The notes under the pieces are model-generated. The model was not told the DNA's origin, searched no databases, and saw nothing but the letters and a program-made list of their open reading frames with translations. DNA of 64,000 bases from Flavobacterium sp. (lineage in GTDB: Bacteria; Bacteroidota; Bacteroidia; Flavobacteriales; Flavobacteriaceae). A program made the translations under genes and the position numbers. Location of the stretch: positions 5,752 to 69,751 of the forward strand of contig JAGOAL010000002.1 in NCBI GenBank assembly GCA_017983975.1, given 5' to 3'. This document shows, piece after piece, positions 26,348-34,333 of the stretch. Position 1 is the first letter of the stretch; each line of letters starts with the position of its first letter.

Positions 26348-29300
26348 ATGAAAAACAAAATTACTCTCTTACTAAATCTCCTAATGCTTTTATTAAGCAT
26401 TAATATGTTTTCTCAAAAGATTATTAGCCCTCCGACAATTACAAATCCTTTTCAAATAAAGAAAGGCATCACAAGTCAAAGTGTTTTAGCTCCTAAAACC
26501 AATGATACGATTAAAAAAGCAAAGCTTCAAATAGAAAACCATAATGGCTCTTTTTATATTGATTTATCAAATGAAAATAAAACAACAGAACAACTATCTA
26601 AAGATTTTAACTCTTGGTTCAATTTAGATACAAATCATTCTTTTGTGTTATTATCTTCGAAAACAGATGAATTAAATTTAACCCACAATTATTACCAACA
26701 ATACTACAAAAATGTATCAATAGAAGGTGCAATTTTAATGTTGCATGCTAAGAACGAAATCGTATATGCATCCAATGGGCAAATAGCTCAATTTGATATA
26801 GCAGATGTTGTTTCAAACATTTCTTCTGAAAATGCCGTTAACATTGCTAAAGAGCATCTAAAAGTTGCCGATTTAATAAATACATATCCTGTAGAAACTT
26901 TGATAGCTAAAATACCAAATGGTGTAAGTTTTGACTATAAATTTGTTCAAAAGGTTAGAATAGATTCAAGTAATCCATTTATAATGGCAAATGTTTATAT
27001 TGATGCTACTAATGGTAATGTTTTAAATACAGTAAGTTTGGTTGCAAATTGTGTAAATACTAATTCTGAAAAAGGGATTGAGAGAAAACCTTTTATGCCA
27101 TTCAATATAGTTTCAAATGAAACAGAAAATGTATTATTAGCTGACACGCCAGCAACTGCAAATACTTTATATAGTGGAACTCAATCTATAATTACCGATA
27201 GTTACAATGGACTATATAGATTAAGGGATAACGAACGAAAAATCGAGACTTATGACGCAACAAACGCCAGTGAATATACAACTAGTGGATATCCAAACTC
27301 AATTGATTATACTAACAATTCTACATCTTGGGGGACTTTTCCTAGTTTAAAAATTTTTACAATATCAACTTTATCTACGAATAATTGGTGGAATACTATA
27401 TTTGGAGATGCATCTCCTGATTTATATATCAAAGTGAAAAATTCTTCAAATGTAATTGTTTATAATGGTAGAAATGCGCACTTAAATAATACTACTTTTG
27501 CGACTTTTAATTTAAATATACAATTAGTTTCTCAGCCATACACAGTTGAAATTTGGGATTATGACCCAGTGGGAGGTGATGATTTTGGTGGAAGTTATGT
27601 AATTACCACGACAAGTGGTAATTGGTCTGTAAATGGTAATAATGGTAGTTACTTTGTGTTGGCATCTGGTTTTAATCCAGCATTAGACGTTCATTGGGGT
27701 ATGGAAAAAACATACGATTTCTATTTAAACGTTTTTAGTAGAAATAGTTTCGATGGAAATGGGGGTGTAATAAAAAACTACATAAATCCACCTGATATTA
27801 GTCCAAATTTTGCGGGAGCAGCTCCAATTCCATATAATTTTATGGTATATGGTTTGGGTGATATTGGTTTAGTAGATAATCCTTCTTACAATCCATTAGT
27901 AGGTCTTGATGTTGAAGGGCACGAATATTCTCACATGGTTATTAATTATAGACATAATATAAATTTAAATCCCATCGAAAATAGTTTAAAATATCAAGGT
28001 GAGTCTGGTGCTTTAAATGAATCATTTGCAGATATTTTTGGTACTTGTGTAGAGTTTTATGCAAAACCTTTAACGGCAAACTGGACTATTGGTGAAGATG
28101 TTAAGTTACCAAATGGAACTTTTTTGAGGTCAATGTCAAATCCAATTTTAGGGTATCAACCTCAGCCAGATACATATAAAGGTCTATTTTGGTATAATCC
28201 AAACTGTGGTACGCCAACTGAATCAAATGATAAATGCGGTGTTCATATAAACAGTGGCGTTCAAAATTTTTGGTTTTATTTGCTCGCTCAAAATACTTCT
28301 ACACCAACAATAACTGGAACTAATGATCTAGGTAATACATACTCAGTAACTTCTATTGGTATTAACAAAGCACGTGAAATAGCATATAAAAACTTAACTA
28401 CTAAACTTCCCAGTTATACCTCTACATATATGGATTCTTACTTTGGTTCATTATTGTCAGCACAAGAACTTTATGGGCCAAATTCTCAAGAATATAATTC
28501 TGTAAGACAAGCTTGGTACGCAGTTGGCATTGGAAACAGTCCAAATTCTCCTTGTAGTGGAACAACAAATTTGACAGCAAGCTCAGGAACTTTTACTGAC
28601 GGAAGTGGTTTGGCAAATTATAGTGATAATGCAAATTGTACTTGGTTAATTAAACCTGCTGGGGCTACTCAAATTTCTTTGAATTTCTCAGCTTTTAACA
28701 CAGAGGCTACTTATGATTTAGTTCTTGTATATAATGGTCCGGATGATACATTTCCACTTTTAGGTACATTTTCTGGCAATACTTTACCATCAACAATTTC
28801 AACAACTACTGGTGTTGGTGCCATGTATGTAAAATTTACATCAGATACTTCAAATACATTAAGTGGTTGGTCAGCTAGTTATACTTCAATATTTACAGTT
28901 CCAGCATGTAGTGGGTTGACAATGCTTACAACTCCGACTGGAACTTTTAGTGATGGTTCAGGTTCTAATAATTATACAAATAACCAACAATGTTTATGGT
29001 ATATAGCACCACCTTGTGCGACAAGTGTAACTTTATCCTTTACTTCATTTAATACTGAATTAAATTATGATGGAGTTGCTATTTATGATAGTTTGACAGC
29101 AACAACACCATTAGCGACATTTACAGGCACTTCATTACCTGCTTTTGTAACATCTTCTACAGGAGTTATGCTGGTAGCTTTTTTATCTGATTTTTCAACA
29201 ACTTCTCAAGGTTTTTCAGCTAATTACACATCAACTGGTTCGTCATTTTGCTCAGGTACAACAACTTTAAATACAGCTGATTATGGCACAATTTCAGATG

Positions 29301-30217
29301 GTAGTGGAACAAATAATTATTGTAATAATAGCAATTGTTCTTGGCTCATTCAACCACCAAATGCAACAAGTGTTACATTAAATTTCACAGCTTTTGATTT
29401 AGAACAAGCGTCAACAGATGGAATCACAATTTACGATGTGGTTGAAGTATATGACGGTACGAATTCAAGTGCACCGTTGCTTAATAAATTCTTTGGTAGC
29501 AATTTACCACAAGCTGTTACATCAACAGGTGGTAGTATGTTCATCAAATTTACTACAAGTATTTCAGATAGATACCAAGGTTGGACGGCAATTTATACAT
29601 CTACTCAAAATTCTTATTGTAATTCAACGGCTGCTTCATTAACAGCATCAAGCGGAGCATTTACTGATGGCAGTGGAGTTGATAAATATGCCAATAATAG
29701 TGAATGTACTTGGTTAATCCAACCTACAAATGCAAATACTATTACGTTATCCTTTTCTTCATTTGATACTGAATTAAATTATGATGCAGTAATTATATAT
29801 GATGGAGCAAATAGTTCTGCTCCAGTTTTGGGACAATTTACAGGAACTACAATACCTTCTTCAGTTACCTCCACAGGTGGAAGTATGTATGTTGTTTTTC
29901 TTTCAGATGAAGCATTAAGAGGTAATGGATGGAATGCAAACTATACTTCCACAACATTAAGCAGTGGTGATTTTGAATTAAATGGAGACATAGTTATTTA
30001 TCCTAACCCAACATCTTCAAAAATTTTCATCACTTCAAAAGAGTATGTAAGTTCTTATGAAATTTATAACACCTTAGGACAAAAAGTAAAAGAAGGCAGT
30101 TTTAATGCTGTTTTAGAGCAAGAAGAATTAGATGTAACCGCTTTACAAAACGGTTTGTATATCTTAAACTTTAAAGGAGAGAAAGTCAATAAAACGGTAA
30201 AAATAATAAAACAATAA
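26348..30217 (+). CDS. T9SS-secreted M4 (thermolysin-family) metalloprotease with propeptide, C2-like insertion and 4 CUB domains
   Basis: Signal peptide; FTP/PepSY-like propeptide (VYIDATNG.VL); HEYSH, GALNESFADIF, GVHINSG; four C.G...G.F.DGSG..NY..N..C.WLI repeats; IYPNP...GLYIL...KIIK CTD. Confidence 0.92.
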   Translation: MKNKITLLLNLLMLLLSINMFSQKIISPPTITNPFQIKKGITSQSVLAPKTNDTIKKAKLQIENHNGSFYIDLSNENKTTEQLSKDFNSWFNLDTNHSFVLLSSKTDELNLTHNYYQQYYKNVSIEGAILMLHAKNEIVYASNGQIAQFDIADVVSNISSENAVNIAKEHLKVADLINTYPVETLIAKIPNGVSFDYKFVQKVRIDSSNPFIMANVYIDATNGNVLNTVSLVANCVNTNSEKGIERKPFMPFNIVSNETENVLLADTPATANTLYSGTQSIITDSYNGLYRLRDNERKIETYDATNASEYTTSGYPNSIDYTNNSTSWGTFPSLKIFTISTLSTNNWWNTIFGDASPDLYIKVKNSSNVIVYNGRNAHLNNTTFATFNLNIQLVSQPYTVEIWDYDPVGGDDFGGSYVITTTSGNWSVNGNNGSYFVLASGFNPALDVHWGMEKTYDFYLNVFSRNSFDGNGGVIKNYINPPDISPNFAGAAPIPYNFMVYGLGDIGLVDNPSYNPLVGLDVEGHEYSHMVINYRHNINLNPIENSLKYQGESGALNESFADIFGTCVEFYAKPLTANWTIGEDVKLPNGTFLRSMSNPILGYQPQPDTYKGLFWYNPNCGTPTESNDKCGVHINSGVQNFWFYLLAQNTSTPTITGTNDLGNTYSVTSIGINKAREIAYKNLTTKLPSYTSTYMDSYFGSLLSAQELYGPNSQEYNSVRQAWYAVGIGNSPNSPCSGTTNLTASSGTFTDGSGLANYSDNANCTWLIKPAGATQISLNFSAFNTEATYDLVLVYNGPDDTFPLLGTFSGNTLPSTISTTTGVGAMYVKFTSDTSNTLSGWSASYTSIFTVPACSGLTMLTTPTGTFSDGSGSNNYTNNQQCLWYIAPPCATSVTLSFTSFNTELNYDGVAIYDSLTATTPLATFTGTSLPAFVTSSTGVMLVAFLSDFSTTSQGFSANYTSTGSSFCSGTTTLNTADYGTISDGSGTNNYCNNSNCSWLIQPPNATSVTLNFTAFDLEQASTDGITIYDVVEVYDGTNSSAPLLNKFFGSNLPQAVTSTGGSMFIKFTTSISDRYQGWTAIYTSTQNSYCNSTAASLTASSGAFTDGSGVDKYANNSECTWLIQPTNANTITLSFSSFDTELNYDAVIIYDGANSSAPVLGQFTGTTIPSSVTSTGGSMYVVFLSDEALRGNGWNANYTSTTLSSGDFELNGDIVIYPNPTSSKIFITSKEYVSSYEIYNTLGQKVKEGSFNAVLEQEELDVTALQNGLYILNFKGEKVNKTVKIIKQ

Positions 30218-30230
30218 ATAGAAGATCATT

Positions 30231-30264
30231 ATAAAAAATGCCTCACTTGTGAGGCATTTTTTAT
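30231..30264 (+). terminator. Terminator of the cargo operon
   Basis: ATAAAAAATGCCTCAC-TT-GTGAGGCATTTTTTAT. Confidence 0.85.
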
Positions 30265-30273
30265 TCAAAAAAC

Positions 30274-30305
30274 TTTTAAACCCTTAAACTTTTAAACTTC
30301 TAAAC
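30274..30305. repeat. Octamer tandem repeat (nnnTAAAC)4
   Basis: TTTTAAAC CCTTAAAC TTTTAAAC TTCTAAAC; a similar array lies at 4021-4050. Confidence 0.65.
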
Positions 30306-30343
30306 AAAAACTTATCTTTGCCTCTTATTTCAAATTCATTGTA

Positions 30344-31273
30344 ATGAACAAATTATTAATTGTAGGAACAGTTGCTTTTGATGCTTTAGAAACACCTTTT
30401 GGTAAAACCGATAAAATTTTAGGAGGCGCTGCAACTTATATAGGACTTTCGGCTTCGCATTTTAATGTAAAATCAGGAATTGTTTCAGTTGTTGGAGAAG
30501 ATTTTCCACAAGAATATCTAGATTTATTAACCGCAAGAAACATTGATATTTCAGGAATCGAAATCGTAAAAGGAGGAAAAACCTTCTTTTGGAGCGGTCG
30601 TTACCACAATGATATGAACTCAAGAGATACACTAGTCACAGAATTAAATGTGTTGGCTGATTTTAATCCGGTAGTTCCACAAGATTTTAAAAATGCCGAA
30701 GTAGTAATGCTAGGAAATTTGCACCCGTTAGTTCAAACTGGTGTTTTAAATCAAATGACTACAACGCCTAAATTAGTAGTTCTTGATACGATGAATTTTT
30801 GGATGGATTGTGCCTTACCCGAATTGCTAGACGTAATTAAACGCGTAGATGTAATTACTATTAATGATGAAGAAGCACGTCAGTTATCTGGAGAATATTC
30901 TTTAGTAAAAGCGGCTGCTAAAATTCAGACTATGGGTCCAAAATATGTCGTAATTAAAAAAGGAGAACACGGTGCGTTAATTTTCCATAACGAACACATT
31001 TTCTTTGCTCCAGCATTACCGTTAGCCGATGTTTTTGATCCAACAGGCGCTGGAGATACCTTTGCAGGAGGTTTCTCAGGATTTATTGCACAACAAGGCG
31101 ATATTTCTTTCAACACCATGAAAACAGCAATCATTCAGGGTTCAAATTTAGCCTCTTTTTGTGTGGAGAAATTTGGAACAGAACGAATGGTTAGTCTAGA
31201 TAAAAAAGAAGTAAATGCAAGATTAAAACAATTTAAAGCATTAACTCAATTTGAAATCGAATTAGAAGAATAA
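30344..31273 (+). CDS. PfkB-family carbohydrate/nucleoside kinase
   Basis: GGAATY, N..EA and DPTGAGDTFAGG motifs; TATCTTTG promoter at 30313-30320. Confidence 0.92.
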   Translation: MNKLLIVGTVAFDALETPFGKTDKILGGAATYIGLSASHFNVKSGIVSVVGEDFPQEYLDLLTARNIDISGIEIVKGGKTFFWSGRYHNDMNSRDTLVTELNVLADFNPVVPQDFKNAEVVMLGNLHPLVQTGVLNQMTTTPKLVVLDTMNFWMDCALPELLDVIKRVDVITINDEEARQLSGEYSLVKAAAKIQTMGPKYVVIKKGEHGALIFHNEHIFFAPALPLADVFDPTGAGDTFAGGFSGFIAQQGDISFNTMKTAIIQGSNLASFCVEKFGTERMVSLDKKEVNARLKQFKALTQFEIELEE

Positions 31274-31278
31274 CAACG

Positions 31279-31304
31279 TGCCTCGAAATTTCGGGGCATT
31301 TTTT
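31279..31304 (+). terminator. Intrinsic terminator
   Basis: TGCCTCGAA/TTCGGGGCA plus T run. Confidence 0.75.
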
Positions 31305-31322
31305 GTTTGAAAAAAAATATAA

Positions 31323-31451
31323 AACACATAGACACATAGTTTAAGTTTTATTAATGAGTTGGTTACCAGAAATAAATTTCACACATAGCTATGTAATCTA
31401 TTTTGAGCGAAGCGACTTTTTATATTAAGTTTAACGATGAATCTATGTGTT
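31323..31451. repeat. MITE/REP-like element with 10-bp terminal inverted repeats
   Basis: AACACATAGA (31323) ... TCTATGTGTT (31451), with internal CACATAG copies. Confidence 0.55.
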
Positions 31452-31489
31452 AAAAAAGAAAATATAATAACACATCAACACAACAACTT

Positions 31490-33388
31490 ATGAGTGACGC
31501 TATACAACACGAATGTGGAATTGCCTTACTTCGATTAAAAAAACCGTTAGAATTTTACAAAGAAAAATACGGAACTGCTTTCTATGGAGTACAAAAAATG
31601 TACTTGCTCATGGAAAAGCAACACAACCGCGGACAAGACGGTGCCGGATTAGCCAGTATTAAATTAGACGTAAATCCAGGGGAACGATACATCAGTCGCA
31701 TTCGTTCAAACGACCCGCAACCTATTAAGGATATCTTCGCTCAAATTAACGATAGAATCAGTCGCGAATTAGAAGAGCATCCCGAATATCAAAATAGTGT
31801 AGCGCTTCAAAAACAAAAAATTCCTTATTTAGGAGAGTTATTTTTGGGCCACGTGCGCTACGGAACTTTCGGTAAAAATAGCATTGAAAGTGTTCACCCT
31901 TTTTTACGTCAAAACAATTGGATGCATCGTAATTTAATTGTGGCGGGTAATTTCAATATGACCAATGTAAAAGAGTTGTTTCAAAATTTAATTGACTTAG
32001 GACAACATCCAAAACAAATGGCCGATACGGTTACCGTAATGGAAAAAATTGGTCATTTCTTAGACGATGAGGTTACCGAATTATACAAACAATGCAAATT
32101 AGAAGGTTTTTCTAAATTAGAAGCATCGCCAATTATTGGTGAGCGATTAAATATCCAACGTATTTTAGAACGCGCCTCTAGAAATTTTGATGGCGGTTAT
32201 GCCATGGCAGGATTGTTAGGCCATGGTGATTCATTTGTTTTGCGTGATCCAGCCGGAATTCGTCCAGCGTATTTTTATGAAGACGACGAAATTGTAGTAG
32301 TGGCTTCAGAACGACCAGTGATTCAAACGGTATTTAATGTTGCTTTTGAAAAAGTTCAAGAATTAGAACCAGGTAGCGCAATTATCATCAAAAAAAACGG
32401 AAATGTTTCTATTCAAGAAGTAAGAACTCCGTTAATCAAAAAAGCATGTTCGTTTGAACGTATTTATTTTTCGCGCGGAAGCGATGCCGAAATTTACAAA
32501 GAGCGAAAAGAATTAGGAAAATTAATTTTTCCGAGTGTTTTAAAAGCTATTGATAACGATACCGATAATACCGTTTTTTCGTTTATTCCTAATACCGCCG
32601 AAACTTCTTTTTACGGAATGTCTGAAGCGGCTCAAGATTTCTTAAATCAGCGAAAAGCAAAAGCAATTATCGAACAAAAAGATACGTTAACCGAAGACAC
32701 GTTGAAAGAATTACTTTCGGTGAAAATTAGAACCGAAAAAATTGCAATTAAAGACGCCAAATTAAGAACGTTTATTACCGAAGACAGTAGTCGAGATGAT
32801 CTGGTAGCACACGTTTATGATGTAACTTATGGTGTGGTTAAACCAACGGATAATTTGGTAATTATTGATGATAGTATTGTGCGAGGTACTACCTTAAAAC
32901 AAAGCATCATTAAGATGATGGATCGTTTACATCCAAAGAAAATTGTAGTAGTATCCTCAGCGCCACAAATTCGTTATCCAGATTGTTACGGAATAGATAT
33001 GGCGAAGTTAGAAGGATTAGTAGCATTTAGAGCGGCTTTAGCTTTGTTAAAAGAACGCAATTTATATCATATTGTCGAAGATGTTTATCAAAAATCAAAA
33101 GCGCAAGAAAATTTTACAGATGCAGATGTGGTAAATTATGTGAAAGAAATTTATGCACCTTTTACTGATCAAGAAATATCTGATAAAATTGCAGAAATGC
33201 TTACGCCTGATGAAACAAAAGCTGAAGTAAAAATAATTTACCAAACGGTAGCTGATTTACATATTGCTTGTCCTAAAAATTTAGGCGATTGGTACTTTAC
33301 TGGAGACTACCCAACAGACGGTGGAAATCGAGTAGTAAACCGCGCTTTTATGAATTTTTATGAAGGAAAAGACGCTCGAGCATATTAA
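31490..33388 (+). CDS. purF: Amidophosphoribosyltransferase
   Basis: HE/CGI N-terminal nucleophile, QHNRGQDGAG, GHVRYGT, CSFERIYF, IIDDSIVRGTT and YGIDM motifs. Confidence 0.95.
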   Translation: MSDAIQHECGIALLRLKKPLEFYKEKYGTAFYGVQKMYLLMEKQHNRGQDGAGLASIKLDVNPGERYISRIRSNDPQPIKDIFAQINDRISRELEEHPEYQNSVALQKQKIPYLGELFLGHVRYGTFGKNSIESVHPFLRQNNWMHRNLIVAGNFNMTNVKELFQNLIDLGQHPKQMADTVTVMEKIGHFLDDEVTELYKQCKLEGFSKLEASPIIGERLNIQRILERASRNFDGGYAMAGLLGHGDSFVLRDPAGIRPAYFYEDDEIVVVASERPVIQTVFNVAFEKVQELEPGSAIIIKKNGNVSIQEVRTPLIKKACSFERIYFSRGSDAEIYKERKELGKLIFPSVLKAIDNDTDNTVFSFIPNTAETSFYGMSEAAQDFLNQRKAKAIIEQKDTLTEDTLKELLSVKIRTEKIAIKDAKLRTFITEDSSRDDLVAHVYDVTYGVVKPTDNLVIIDDSIVRGTTLKQSIIKMMDRLHPKKIVVVSSAPQIRYPDCYGIDMAKLEGLVAFRAALALLKERNLYHIVEDVYQKSKAQENFTDADVVNYVKEIYAPFTDQEISDKIAEMLTPDETKAEVKIIYQTVADLHIACPKNLGDWYFTGDYPTDGGNRVVNRAFMNFYEGKDARAY

Positions 33389-33466
33389 AAAGTGCAGTTC
33401 ATCGAGTTTTTGTGTTATTTAACAATTTTTTTACTCATAAGTAATTTCTTGTACTACTTTAGTATC

Positions 33467-33538
33467 ACCAAAAAATTAGTAGGTTAAGTTTTATGGTAAA
33501 TTTGGGGCAAAAAGGGTGGAAGAAATTTCACCTTTTTT
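33467..33538 (+). ncRNA. Candidate ~70-nt small RNA between purF and sodA
   Basis: TACTTTAG -7-like element at 33455-33462, GU-rich body, GAAA-capped terminator 33509-33538 separate from the sodA terminator. Confidence 0.35.
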
Positions 33539-33564
33539 ATTTTCAAATAAAATTGGTACAATAC

Positions 33565-33601
33565 AAAAAAGCCGAGAAGTCGCCATACTTCTCGGCTTTT
33601 T
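33565..33601 (-). terminator. sodA terminator (bidirectional)
   Basis: AAAAAGCCGAGAAGT/ACTTCTCGGCTTTTT. Confidence 0.85.
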
Positions 33602-33620
33602 CGTTTAATATTGTTAAGAT

Positions 33621-34226
33621 TTATAGCGCAGCTTTAAAACGTTTTGCTACTTCTTCCCAGTGAATTACATTGAAAAACGCTTCCATATAATCAGGACGAC
33701 GGTTTTGATAATGTAAATAATAAGCGTGTTCCCACACATCCATTCCTAAAATTGGTTGTCCGCCACAAGCTACACCTGGCATAAGTGGATTATCTTGATT
33801 AGGAGTAGAACATACTTCTAATTTTCCGTCTTTTACACATAACCAAGCCCATCCTGAACCAAAACGAGTTGCACCTGCTTTAGAAAATTCAGCTTTAAAA
33901 GCATCAAATGAACCAAAAGCAGCATCAATTGCAGCAGCTAATTCACCTGTTGGCAAACCACCACAGTTTGGCGACATGATTTCCCAAAATAAAGTATGGT
34001 TGAAATGACCACCACCGTTATTTCTTACAGGCATGTTATTCATGTCTAAATTTTTCATCAAATCTTCAATAGATTTTCCTTCTAAATCTGTTCCAGCAAT
34101 GGCAGCATTTAGATTAGTAACATAAGCATTATGATGTTTAGAATGATGAATTTCCATTGTTCGAGCATCAATATGTGGTTCTAATGCATCATATGCATAA
34201 GGTAATTTTGGTAATTCAAAAGCCAT
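33621..34226 (-). CDS. sodA: Superoxide dismutase, Mn-type signature
   Basis: [19 protein letters not shown] and DVWEHAYY motifs. Confidence 0.93.
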   Translation of the reverse strand: MAFELPKLPYAYDALEPHIDARTMEIHHSKHHNAYVTNLNAAIAGTDLEGKSIEDLMKNLDMNNMPVRNNGGGHFNHTLFWEIMSPNCGGLPTGELAAAIDAAFGSFDAFKAEFSKAGATRFGSGWAWLCVKDGKLEVCSTPNQDNPLMPGVACGGQPILGMDVWEHAYYLHYQNRRPDYMEAFFNVIHWEEVAKRFKAAL

Positions 34227-34333
34227 GATATTTTATTTTTAGATTAATAATATTTTCACCAAATTTACAAATTAAACTTTGGATTCAAAAATAGATCGTT
34301 TCTATAGTACCATAATTAAGACAAATATAACAT

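Noticed and set aside
23832-30305. Prophage or ICE
   Set aside because: No integrase, structural, relaxase or conjugation genes, and no tRNA att site.
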